A stretch of DNA of 64,000 nt from Minisyncoccota bacterium (lineage in GTDB: Bacteria; Patescibacteriota; Minisyncoccia; Phycocordibacterales; UBA9973). Shown here piece by piece: positions 25,596 through 36,367 of this stretch (positions within the stretch are counted from its first letter, which is position 1; every line of letters begins with the position of its first letter). The translations under genes were made by a program, and so were the position numbers. The notes below the pieces were generated by a model that was not told the DNA's origin, did no database searches, and saw only the letters and a program-made list of their open reading frames with translations. The stretch spans positions 71,864 to 135,863 of the forward strand of contig DASWWS010000001.1 of the NCBI GenBank assembly GCA_036405895.1. Reading direction: 5' to 3'.

Positions 25596-26774
25596 ATGCA
25601 AGAACACTTTCCTCATTCAGATAGCCACTCTCTCGAATCGCGAATAGATGCAATTGTTGAACGACAGCTGCGTGAAATCGAACTTCAGCAAGAAGGGGTG
25701 CAGCCGGAGCAATTGGCAGTATATCGAGAAAAAGCAAACGAGTTCAAAAAAAGATTACCCGAAATGATGGATGATGAAGCTAAAGAATATTTAGCGGGCG
25801 TAAATGATGAAGAGTTCGGAGCATTAGTATTGCCAGCCCTTGCACGGCAGCATGAAAGAGGAAAAGAACATGTTCCGTTGACGAAAATCCAACTTCAAAA
25901 CATACTTTTATACCGAAAGGTATACGGGTATGGACATCCTGACTTGGAAAAACGAATCGAGCAGCATCCCATGCCTACAGCTGCAGAACTATTGCTTGGC
26001 TGCTACGCCGAACAACTTGAAGAACAGACTCGTGATGCTGTATTACTGATGAGAAAAAAAGGATATGATACTGTTCAATCTGGTTTTCACGATACATTGA
26101 AAGGTTCGCAATTTTTTGATATTTATGAAGCGAATCAAACAATGGTACCCCAAGAAATCATTGATGAAATGAAGAGTCGGTTTGGAGTGGATGTAACCAG
26201 TAAACGTCACAAGTCATCCGAGAGGACGGATATTGATCTCGTACCTACGGGGTTCAAAGATATTGCGGACTGGAAGGAAACCCTTAATCACTTCGCTGCA
26301 ATTATGCCGACGAAAGAAGAACAAGGTTTGGGTCAATACGGTATGGGTGTTGATTTTATCTATGATGCTATAAAGACATATAAGAAGGAGGATATATTGG
26401 AAACTGCTGAAACAGATCAGCAGCGTGTGTTAGTTGAGCGTTTATATGAATGCAAAAATAAGGAAGAGGTGATTTTGTTGTTACATAAAGAATCTGATTC
26501 GGCTGAACAAAGAGTGGTAGAGGAAAGACTAAAAGAAGAAGCTAAAAAAGATTTCTCGCCGGATACTGTTGAAGCTATTAATCAAATAATAAGTGAATTC
26601 ATCTCAGCATCTTTTGTTATCGATAAAGAAGATATTGAAGCCGGGTTGCAGATAATCCGGGATCAGTGCACTCACATTGGAGAAATTTATACTGACGATG
26701 CGTCTCATGGCAAGCTTTTCGCAATAATTAATCAAGCGATTCAGTATCTTGAAAACCGCTTGGAGAAAAAATAA
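25596..26774 (+). CDS. Hypothetical acidic alpha-helical protein (392 aa)
   Basis: ORF 4 nt after smc. No GTPase or other recognisable motif, so not ftsY. AT-richer than its neighbours. Confidence 0.5.
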   Translation: MQEHFPHSDSHSLESRIDAIVERQLREIELQQEGVQPEQLAVYREKANEFKKRLPEMMDDEAKEYLAGVNDEEFGALVLPALARQHERGKEHVPLTKIQLQNILLYRKVYGYGHPDLEKRIEQHPMPTAAELLLGCYAEQLEEQTRDAVLLMRKKGYDTVQSGFHDTLKGSQFFDIYEANQTMVPQEIIDEMKSRFGVDVTSKRHKSSERTDIDLVPTGFKDIADWKETLNHFAAIMPTKEEQGLGQYGMGVDFIYDAIKTYKKEDILETAETDQQRVLVERLYECKNKEEVILLLHKESDSAEQRVVEERLKEEAKKDFSPDTVEAINQIISEFISASFVIDKEDIEAGLQIIRDQCTHIGEIYTDDASHGKLFAIINQAIQYLENRLEKK

Positions 26775-26806
26775 AAACCTATCTTTATGATAGGTTTTTA
26801 TTTTTT
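26774..26806. terminator. Bidirectional intrinsic terminator
   Basis: aaaacctatctttatgataggtttttatttttt. Confidence 0.7.
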
Positions 26807-27487
26807 CTCAATTTTCTCTAAATCTTCAAACGAATTGCATGGCTGCCAGAAGGTGAGACGGTGGGCGAAGAGTGGGTAGGTGTCGACTTGTTTCAAAAGC
26901 GTTTGCGGCAAGCCGAATTCGTTGTCTATTTGCTCAACAGCAGGAAAAGAAAAAATGCGGCTGTCGAGAAGGTACATGCCGTTGGCGAATGTATCCTCTA
27001 CAAGCTCTTCTCTGTTTTCTTGAGGGTGCCGCTCCAAGCCCTCAACGTTTCCCTCGCGTGAGATTTTTATACTGTGATATTTTGCAGGCATGGTGGTTGC
27101 TGTCACACCCATTCCTATTTTTTTGCTCTCTACCACTGTTTCAAGTTCGCTCTTGGTGAAGAGGTCATCGCAATTGAGTACAAGAAATTGTTCACCTTCT
27201 TCAAATAGATCCTTTGCACAATAGACTGAGGGCCAGGTCCCGCAGATAGCAACTGGCTGAGGAACATAGATAACTTTTTTGTTGTTGTAGAGAGTGCCAA
27301 TACGCTCTTCAATCAAAGCACTTAAGTATTTTGTTGTGATGATAACAGTGTCGATGCTCTCGGGGAGGGAATTGAGAACTTCTTCCAAAAGAGTGCTTTT
27401 TCCAACCGGTATCAAGGCTTTTGGGACGCTGTCAGTGAGGGGTTGTAGTCGTGTACCTTTTCCGCCGGCGAGAATAATAGCTTTCAT
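26798..27487 (-). CDS. Sugar-phosphate nucleotidyltransferase (NTP_transferase family)
   Basis: MKAIILAGGKGTRLQPLTDSVPKALIPV N-terminal signature. Start trimmed to the ATG at 27487. Confidence 0.7.
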   Translation of the reverse strand: MKAIILAGGKGTRLQPLTDSVPKALIPVGKSTLLEEVLNSLPESIDTVIITTKYLSALIEERIGTLYNNKKVIYVPQPVAICGTWPSVYCAKDLFEEGEQFLVLNCDDLFTKSELETVVESKKIGMGVTATTMPAKYHSIKISREGNVEGLERHPQENREELVEDTFANGMYLLDSRIFSFPAVEQIDNEFGLPQTLLKQVDTYPLFAHRLTFWQPCNSFEDLEKIEKK

Positions 27488-27546
27488 TGCAATTAATACT
27501 ACCGTAAAAAAATAAAAAGCTATAGCGGGTGCCGCTATAGCTTTAG

Positions 27547-28101
27547 TTACTTTTTCTTGGAGAAATACTTTTTCCGTTTCCAGAAGCGTCTTTCGTAGAG
27601 CAATCCTTCCTGGATTTCTCTTGTTTCTTGAAACTTTAGATAGGTGAAGTACATCCATAATGCCCCTGAAGAGAAATCCCTCCAGTTCTCCATGATTTCT
27701 TTGTGAAAAAAGAACCGAGAGTCCGTGTGGTCATGACTAAGCGTGACTGTGGGGCGCTTTCCGGGTAAATTGCAATAATACAAGAACAGAGAACCATATT
27801 GAATGCCGCCAAACTCATCAGACGTTTCGATGTGAAGGCGTTGTCCTAAGACTGCATAGAGTCGCAGTTTTTTCTCTGAAATTTTAACCCCTGCTTCTTC
27901 TTCGATTTCTCGAATCAGAACCCCTTTGTGCTTGAACTCATCATTGTTGGTTCCGCCTCCAGAAAGTTCCCACAGGCCATTGTCTTCGCGCTTGAGCCAT
28001 AAGCTCTGCTCCTCGTGCCGGATTAGTCCGAACGAGCTGTTAATGGAGCGTTCTATATGAGGTCGTACCATATGTATATTTTTTTGAAACAGTACTACCA
28101 T
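27547..28101 (-). CDS. NUDIX hydrolase
   Basis: Nudix box SGGGTNNDEFKHKGVLIREIEEEAGV. The alternative start MVRPH lies 10 codons downstream. Confidence 0.65.
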   Translation of the reverse strand: MVVLFQKNIHMVRPHIERSINSSFGLIRHEEQSLWLKREDNGLWELSGGGTNNDEFKHKGVLIREIEEEAGVKISEKKLRLYAVLGQRLHIETSDEFGGIQYGSLFLYYCNLPGKRPTVTLSHDHTDSRFFFHKEIMENWRDFSSGALWMYFTYLKFQETREIQEGLLYERRFWKRKKYFSKKK

Positions 28102-28259
28102 TTGTCAATAAAAGCAAACTGCTTTTATTCTGAAAAGAAAAAGAAGGAAGGGGCACATTTTCTAGAGGGATTATCCTTGAACAAGCCTAGTTCCAAAAGC
28201 CCTTAAAACAGGGGATTTTTTGCTGGAAAAAGGCTCAAAAAAGCCTTGTGAACAAATGC

Positions 28260-28287
28260 TTGACTTTGATTTTCAGGTGTATATAAT
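28260..28287 (+). promoter_or_regulatory. Sigma70-like promoter upstream of the 16S rRNA gene (TTGACT, 16 bp spacer, TATAAT)
   Basis: ttgactttgattttcaggtgtatataat lies ~190 bp upstream of the mature 16S 5' end. Confidence 0.5.
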
Positions 28288-28479
28288 AGGGGTCGCTCTG
28301 GAGATAGGGCTGTGTTGTTTGAAAATCTATTGTTAAGAATTAAAATGAACGCAAATATCTATTAAAGAAACCTAACTATTCCAAGTTAATTAAGTAAGGA
28401 GGCAAGCATACGGAGATTCGGAAATACCAATTTTCTCTTGCCTCAGTCTAAGATGTAGTTTTAAACTTATCTTTTAAGA

Positions 28480-30189
<1,710 letters not shown>

Positions 30190-30395
30190 CAAATTGAGAT
30201 GTTTTCTCATTGTCCCTCGTGGATGGTGATAAGATTGATACGGTTGAACCGGCGCAAGTCGGAAAAAGGTTGTGGTATGTGACTTAATACATACTCCCTG
30301 TGCAAGGGTTAGAGCACAAAAATCCTCTCGTACGTATCTATAGAGCGTATGAGCGGTAGACTGAGGCAAAAGAAAGTTGATATACTTTACTGGTA

Positions 30396-30869
30396 ATGGC
30401 ATTCATTCAAAACAATAGATTTTTTATACTACTAGGAATTGCACTCCTTTCATTAGGGGTGCTTTTTCTATTGTTGGGCCAGGGCACCCGTACTATAGTG
30501 CCCGGCTTTACTGATGGCACCCTGGTGAGCGGCAGTACCCGCATAGCGGTAAGCATTGCCGACAGCGAGTCTGAGCGCGTGCAGGGCTTATCCAATACCG
30601 ATCCGCTGCCGAAAGGTGTGGGCAAGTTTTTTATCTTCGATACGCCTGAAATGCATGGGTTTTGGATGAAGGATATGCGCTATGCAATAGATATTATATG
30701 GCTTGATGCGCAGATGAGGGTTGTTTCAATAAAAACGGGCGCCGCCCCTGAAAGCTATCCAGAAACATTCTACCCAAGCGCTGAATCTCTCTACGTACTC
30801 GAGGTGCCGTCCGGGTTTTCCACAGCAAAGAGCATTGAAGTGGGGCAAACGTTCACACTTCTGAAATAA
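30396..30869 (+). CDS. DUF192 (COG1430) family secreted protein
   Basis: N-terminal TM/signal. GLSNTDPLPKGVGKFFIFD...GFWMKDMRYAIDIIWLD...YVLEVPSGF matches the DUF192 pattern. Confidence 0.6.
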   Translation: MAFIQNNRFFILLGIALLSLGVLFLLLGQGTRTIVPGFTDGTLVSGSTRIAVSIADSESERVQGLSNTDPLPKGVGKFFIFDTPEMHGFWMKDMRYAIDIIWLDAQMRVVSIKTGAAPESYPETFYPSAESLYVLEVPSGFSTAKSIEVGQTFTLLK

Positions 30870-31053
30870 TTTATTTCGCCCCCGATTGGCCGCTGGTCAG
30901 AGAGATTGATGTATAACACTCTCTGGACAGAAGTCTTTACAAGAAAAAATTTTTATATCATTGCGCCAAAAAATGGAACAGAACTTCGTTGTTATCCTCG
31001 TATTTTTGTATACTATACGAAGTTTTAATTAATAGGTAAGCGGGGGAAACGAG

Positions 31054-32325
31054 GTGGCAATTACACTCATCAAGAAAAGAAGTGGCTCTATTACTGATTT
31101 TGATCGGTCTCGTATTGAGGTCGCAATAACCCGCGCTTATGAAGCGTCTAAGATGTTTATCGACATCGTATCCCTCTCCGAACTGGTCGATAAAATCGTT
31201 GCAGTACTTGAGGAAACCTACAATGAGCACAATATTCCGGAAGTTGAAGACATCCAAAACGTTGTCGAAAAAGAAATTGCATTGAAAGGGGATTTCGAGG
31301 TTGCAAAAGCTTATGTATTGTACCGAGAGGAAAGGAATCAAGAGCGAAAACGCGATATCTTCAAAAAAAGAGTGCATCTCAAGCCCTATGAATACCCAGA
31401 ACTCTATGAATACGTAAGCGCTGTTCGCCATTCGTACTGGATTCATACAGAGTTTAACTTTGTCAGCGACGTACAGGACTTTCAGGTAAATGTGGACGAG
31501 AAAGAGCGAAATGTCATCAAAAACGCAATGCTTGCCATTGCGCAAATAGAAGTCACCATCAAAACATTTTGGGGGGATATTTATAAGCGCCTGCCAAAGC
31601 CTGAGATCGGGGCAGTGGGAGCAACATTTGCAGAAAGCGAAGTGCGCCACACGGACGCCTATGCCCACCTTTTGGAAATTTTAGGACTCAATGAAGTATT
31701 CAAGACAATTGATGAGATACCGGCCCTGATGAAGCGGGTGAACTATTTGGAAAAATCCTTGGCAAATGCCCGCAGTGAAGATAATCGAGAATATAGTCAA
31801 TCAATATTACTCTTCTCGTTGTTTATAGAGCATGTGTCACTCTTCTCCCAGTTCCTTATCATGATGTCCTTTAATAAAAATAAGAATTTGTTCAAAGGCA
31901 TATCAAACGCTGTTGAGGCCACCTCGAAAGAAGAGCAAATTCACGGATTGTTTGGGATCGAGATCATCAACATCATCAAAACCGAGCATCCGGAATGGTT
32001 TGATGCAGAGTTTGAAGAGAGTGTGGTGAAACTATGCGAGGAAGCGTTTGAGTCGGAAACGGCTGTCGTAGAATGGATTTTTGAAAAAGGAGAGCTCGAA
32101 TTCATTTCAAAGGAAGTTGTTCTTGAATTTATTAAGACCCGCTTCAACAACTCGCTGCAAAGTATCGGTATTGCCAAGATATTCACCACGAATGAAGCCC
32201 TGGTGAAGGAATCAGAATGGTTTTATGACGAAGTAATCGCCACCAAGCACGGAGACTTCTTCAATAAAAAGTCGATCAACTACAACAAAAAAAGCAAGAG
32301 TATAACGAGCGATGACCTCTTTTAG
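31054..32325 (+). CDS. nrdB: Class I ribonucleotide reductase small (radical-generating) subunit with an N-terminal ATP-cone
   Basis: The N-terminal LIKKRSGSITDFDRSRIEVAITRAYE is an ATP-cone. Ferritin-like diiron ligands follow: ESEVRHTDAY (E-x2-H plus Tyr at H+4), EEQIHGLFG (E-x2-H) and FELSHxxxx-type helices. Confidence 0.8.
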   Translation: MAITLIKKRSGSITDFDRSRIEVAITRAYEASKMFIDIVSLSELVDKIVAVLEETYNEHNIPEVEDIQNVVEKEIALKGDFEVAKAYVLYREERNQERKRDIFKKRVHLKPYEYPELYEYVSAVRHSYWIHTEFNFVSDVQDFQVNVDEKERNVIKNAMLAIAQIEVTIKTFWGDIYKRLPKPEIGAVGATFAESEVRHTDAYAHLLEILGLNEVFKTIDEIPALMKRVNYLEKSLANARSEDNREYSQSILLFSLFIEHVSLFSQFLIMMSFNKNKNLFKGISNAVEATSKEEQIHGLFGIEIINIIKTEHPEWFDAEFEESVVKLCEEAFESETAVVEWIFEKGELEFISKEVVLEFIKTRFNNSLQSIGIAKIFTTNEALVKESEWFYDEVIATKHGDFFNKKSINYNKKSKSITSDDLF

Positions 32326-32346
32326 CAGACTAAATAAACAACAGAC

Positions 32347-34074
32347 ATGTATTGGTTAAATGAAAACAGCAGAAAATTTTTATCAAAAGGCTACCTTGTA
32401 GGAAACATTACTGCAGAGGAGCGTATTCGCGAAATCGCAGAGATTGCAGAGAAGTATCTTCAGAAGCCCGGTTTTGCCGATAAGTTCTACGACTACATGT
32501 CTCGAGGGTTCTACTCGCTCGCAAGCCCTATTTGGTCTAACTACGGCCAGACCCGCGGGCTTCCCATCAGCTGTTTTGGGAGCTACGTCGGAGATGACAT
32601 GTCTCGAATTCTCTACACCCATGCCGAAGTTGGCATGATGACAAAAAACGGCGGCGGCACGTCCGTGTATCTTGGAGCACTTCGCCCTCGCGGAGCGGTG
32701 ATTAAAGACAATGGGCACTCATCAGGCTCAGTGCACTTTTTGGAACTCTTCGACAATCTCATTAATATTGTTTCGCAAGGCACCGTTCGCCGCGGGCACT
32801 GCGCACCGTATTTACCCGTTGAGCATGGCGATATCGAAGAATATTTGAACATTGGAACAGAAGGCCACCCAATTCAGGAATCAACCTACGCTGTTACTGT
32901 GGGCGATGCATGGCTTAAGGCTATGGTGGATGGCGACCAGGACAAGCGAAAGATCTGGGCAAAGATTATCCAGCGCCGTACTGAAATTGGCTACCCGTAC
33001 ATTCTTTTCAGTGATACCGTGAATAACAACACTGTGGACGTCTACAAGGACAAGGGAATGAAAATCAACAACAGCAACCTTTGTTCCGAAATCTGCCTTC
33101 CGACTGCAGACGATATCTCATTCGTTTGCTGCCTCTCTTCCATGAATGTTCGCCATTACCACGAATGGAAGGACACTGATGCGGTTGAAGTCTTGACCAT
33201 GTTCCTCGATACAGTTATCTCAGACTTTGCTGCGCGCCTCGAAAGCTTCCGCGACAGTGAGGACCCTCAAAAGCAGTCAGCGTTCTACTTTATGCAACGC
33301 GCGCACAAGTTTGCTGTAGAGCATCGCGCTTTGGGTCTTGGCGTACTCGGTTGGCACACCTTCCTTCAGGAAAGCAATATTGCATTTGAAAGCCCTGAAG
33401 CAACTGCGCTCAACGAAGAGATTTTCAAGCTTATCAAAGAAAAGGCATACAAGGCATCCGAAGATATGGCAAAAGAATACGGCGAGCCTGAAGTATTGAA
33501 AGGCTATGGCCGCCGCAATACAACGCTCTTGGCCGTTGCGCCGACCACTTCTTCTGCATTTATTCTCGGGCAGGTATCTCAAAGTATCGAACCGTTGATG
33601 TCCAACTGTTTTGTAAAAGATGTCGATAAGATGAAGGTGACTATCAAAAACCAGACCCTTGAAGCATTGCTTGAAGAGAAGGGGCAGAATACTGCAGAAG
33701 TATGGGGTAATATTCGCGATAATGATGGATCGGTTCAACACCTCGACTTCCTGACAGCTCATGAAAAAGAAGTGTTTAGAACATTTAGTGAAATCGACCA
33801 GAAGGCAATTGTGGACCAGGCAGCAGACCGCCAAAAGTACATTGATCAGGCTCAGTCATTAAACATCATGATTGACCCGGCGATTTCTACAAAAGAACTC
33901 AATGCTCTGTATCTGTATGCATGGGAGAAAGGAATCAAAACCCTCTATTACCAGCACAGCATGAATGCTGCTCAGCAGTTTGGGCGAAAGAAGCTTCAGG
34001 AGAATGCAGAAGCAAAAAAGCCAAAAGTGATTTTTGTCGGCGAAGACAACATGTGCGTTAACTGCGAAGCATAA
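32347..34074 (+). CDS. nrdA: Class I ribonucleotide reductase large subunit, short form without an ATP-cone
   Basis: NLCSEI active-site Cys-Glu loop. The ten-stranded barrel GYPYILF and CCLSSMN motifs. C-terminal Cys pair (CVNCEA). 575 aa. Confidence 0.8.
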   Translation: MYWLNENSRKFLSKGYLVGNITAEERIREIAEIAEKYLQKPGFADKFYDYMSRGFYSLASPIWSNYGQTRGLPISCFGSYVGDDMSRILYTHAEVGMMTKNGGGTSVYLGALRPRGAVIKDNGHSSGSVHFLELFDNLINIVSQGTVRRGHCAPYLPVEHGDIEEYLNIGTEGHPIQESTYAVTVGDAWLKAMVDGDQDKRKIWAKIIQRRTEIGYPYILFSDTVNNNTVDVYKDKGMKINNSNLCSEICLPTADDISFVCCLSSMNVRHYHEWKDTDAVEVLTMFLDTVISDFAARLESFRDSEDPQKQSAFYFMQRAHKFAVEHRALGLGVLGWHTFLQESNIAFESPEATALNEEIFKLIKEKAYKASEDMAKEYGEPEVLKGYGRRNTTLLAVAPTTSSAFILGQVSQSIEPLMSNCFVKDVDKMKVTIKNQTLEALLEEKGQNTAEVWGNIRDNDGSVQHLDFLTAHEKEVFRTFSEIDQKAIVDQAADRQKYIDQAQSLNIMIDPAISTKELNALYLYAWEKGIKTLYYQHSMNAAQQFGRKKLQENAEAKKPKVIFVGEDNMCVNCEA

Positions 34075-34080
34075 CAATAT

Positions 34081-34113
34081 AAAAAAACCTCATATTGCAT
34101 GAGGTTTTTTTAT
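34081..34113. terminator. Intrinsic terminator after nrdA
   Basis: aaaaaaacctcatattgcatgaggtttttttat. Confidence 0.7.
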
Positions 34114-34123
34114 ATGCATAATG

Positions 34124-34463
34124 GAGGGGTTGTACCGCTCGATCGCTCTTGATTCAGTAATTGAGTCAGGGGAGGAAAGTCCGAACACACAACGATTCAA
34201 TTCGTACAGGTAGCGGGTAATTCCCGTCTGGCGCAAGCCACGAGGTGCGAACAGAGACGCCCGCGCAGAAATGCAAAGGATTCCTCCTCTCTTGTAGATG
34301 AGGAATAGCTCCTTTGGTAACAAAGGAGTTGAAACGGCTAAATCCTTACTTGTGTGCAAGGCCGTGCCCCGCAAAGCCGGGGAGTGCTGCTAGAGGGAGT
34401 TGGCAACAACTCTCCCAGATAAATGATCGATAGAACAGAATTCGGCTTACGAGTACAACACAT
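34124..34463 (+). ncRNA. rnpB: RNase P RNA (bacterial type A-like)
   Basis: GGAGGAAAGTCCGAACAC (P4 5' strand). ACAGGTAGCGGGTAATTCCCG. The CAGAAATGC...ACAGAATTCGGCTTA P4 3' strand near the 3' end. P1 pairing GTTGTAC/GTACAAC. Followed by the hairpin aaaaaacatcctgaaacggatgtttttt. Confidence 0.75.
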
Positions 34464-34496
34464 GAAAAAACATCCTGAAACGGATGTTTTTTCTTA

Positions 34497-34548
34497 CCCT
34501 AGCAAGGACCGTCCTTCTGAAATTCAGAAGGACGGTCCTTGCTAGGGG
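34497..34548. repeat. Palindromic intergenic repeat element, copy C (a chimeric long palindrome built from halves of units 1 and 2)
   Basis: CCCTAGCAAGGACCGTCCTTCTGAAATTCAGAAGGACGGTCCTTGCTAGGGG. Confidence 0.8.
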
Positions 34549-34567
34549 ATTTGGTATACTGCTACGC

Positions 34568-35908
34568 ATGAATCACTCACCATGGATAGTCCAACTCAAA
34601 CGAACCCGCCCGGTCGAACCGCTTTCATCAAATCTTACCGCTGACGTTGCTGTTGTAGGAGGCGGGATTGCCGGAATAACAACCGCATATTTCCTTCTTA
34701 CAAAAACCACGCAATCAGTAATACTTTTGGAAGCAGGGAAAGTTGCACATGGTGCAACTGGGCACAATGCAGGACAGATTACGAGCTATTTTGAAAAGTC
34801 CTTTACCGAGCTCGCTGAACGCTACGGCATAGTGCAGACAACCGCAGCTCACCGAGCAATAGAAGAAGATGCACGCGCGCTCCTTGAACATATTTTTGCA
34901 CATGCCGAGCTTTCGACCCCGTTCTCGCAATTTATTGGGTATGACGGACTCGCGCTTGAAAGTCAGGTTCTTCAGGCGCTGCATGATCTCTATCTCAAGG
35001 CAAAAGCGGGCCTTCGCGTGCGCCCTTTGTTGATAGCAAAAGAGTGGGTAGCGCACGGGGTGATTCCGCATGAGTACACGCCGTACACACTGGTGGTTGC
35101 TCAAGAGAATATTCTCTCGCTTTTGGAAACAAGCGACACGCAGTATATTGCCGCTTTGCCATTTCTTTCCGGATGCATGAACAGCGCGCTTTTTACTGAA
35201 GAGCTTACGGGGTATTTGCTCGCAACATTTCCTGAGCGGTTTACCTTGAAAGAGCATACCCCTGTGTCACGTGTTGTGTTGGGTTCTGAAGAAGTTCTGC
35301 TCCACGCCGGTATTAATATAGTGACGACAAGTCATGTTGTGCTGTGCACGAACGGCTTTGAGTCTATACAGATTGATAATCCAGGGGGCGCTGATATTGA
35401 TACGGCATTTCACATGGAAGTTGAAGGGGTGGTAGGGTACATGGCAGCCTATAAAGAAGAACTCAATAAGGCGCCCTTTGCTGGAATTTATTCTCACGCT
35501 TTGGTCAGCGAAGCCAATCCGTATTTCTACACGACACGCCGTCCGTTTGAAGACGAAAGCAATGCAACGCATAATCTTGTATGTGTGGGAGGACCCGAAG
35601 TCTATCTGCCGGACCGCGCAACGTACGATGCGCACAAAGAATATCCGCTTGAGATTAGTGATGCAATTGGAACGTTTTCGTCACTGCATTACCAGCATCA
35701 CCCGCATATGGACTACTACTGGCACGGGCTTATGGGGTACACAAAAAGCTGGGTGCGTATGGTGGGATTTGAACCAAAAAACAAACGACTGTTGTATAAC
35801 CTCGGTTGTAACGGCGTCGGCATTCTTACCAGCGTGTACGGTTCGGAGCGCATCGCCCGACTCTTAAACGGAGAATTGCTCGCACACACTATCTTTGATC
35901 CGCAATAA
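34568..35908 (+). CDS. FAD-dependent oxidoreductase (DAO/glycine oxidase-like)
   Basis: Rossmann DVAVVGGGIAGITTAYFL...GATGHNAGQI. Start trimmed to the ATG at 34568, downstream of the repeat element. Confidence 0.7.
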   Translation: MNHSPWIVQLKRTRPVEPLSSNLTADVAVVGGGIAGITTAYFLLTKTTQSVILLEAGKVAHGATGHNAGQITSYFEKSFTELAERYGIVQTTAAHRAIEEDARALLEHIFAHAELSTPFSQFIGYDGLALESQVLQALHDLYLKAKAGLRVRPLLIAKEWVAHGVIPHEYTPYTLVVAQENILSLLETSDTQYIAALPFLSGCMNSALFTEELTGYLLATFPERFTLKEHTPVSRVVLGSEEVLLHAGINIVTTSHVVLCTNGFESIQIDNPGGADIDTAFHMEVEGVVGYMAAYKEELNKAPFAGIYSHALVSEANPYFYTTRRPFEDESNATHNLVCVGGPEVYLPDRATYDAHKEYPLEISDAIGTFSSLHYQHHPHMDYYWHGLMGYTKSWVRMVGFEPKNKRLLYNLGCNGVGILTSVYGSERIARLLNGELLAHTIFDPQ

Positions 35909-36111
35909 GTGTTGTAACAGAAAATAAACGCAAACGATTTGCATTTACATTTTTTCAAAAAAACACGAGTTATCCACAGTTTTTTATAAAAAAATATTGC
36001 TTGTGCATCACGCGCGAGAGATAATGTATGTACATGTGGTGATAACGCGTTCAATCACAATCAGTGGTCGATCATCACAGATGTATTACAAGTAAACTTA
36101 CGCATAAATTT

Positions 36112-36252
36112 ATGGCAGCAAAAAGAAAGGTAGCCAAGAAAGCTGTGAAGAAGGCTGTTAAAAAGACAGTTAAGAAAGCAGTTAAGAAGGTTGCTAAAAA
36201 AGCAGTAAAGAAAGCAGCAAAGAAAAAGGTTGCTAAAAAGAAAAAGAAATAA
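36112..36252 (+). CDS. Lys/Ala-rich histone H1-like small basic protein (46 aa)
   Basis: MAAKRKVAKKAVKKAVKKTVKKAVKKVAKKAVKKAAKKKVAKKKKK. Followed by the hairpin accgcgacaacaaggccgcggtttt. Confidence 0.5.
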   Translation: MAAKRKVAKKAVKKAVKKTVKKAVKKVAKKAVKKAAKKKVAKKKKK

Positions 36253-36367
36253 TCTTTTTCTTACTCACTCTCTTTCCACTTACACAAAACCGCGACAACA
36301 AGGCCGCGGTTTTGTGCTATTGGGGCATCTTTTAAAGAGGGTGTTTTTGTGGTAAAATCATGTTCTT

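Noticed and set aside
25596-26774. Calling the gene after smc as ftsY on synteny
   Set aside because: There are no G1-G5 GTPase motifs and no NG-domain signature. It is left as hypothetical.
34090-34374. 94-aa minus-strand ORF
   Set aside because: It overlaps the RNase P RNA gene.
35968-35980. oriC call from a TTATCCACA DnaA box in AT-rich DNA
   Set aside because: Only one consensus box plus one degenerate copy. dnaA and dnaN are not nearby, and there is no DUE-like repeat set. Kept as a low-interest note only.
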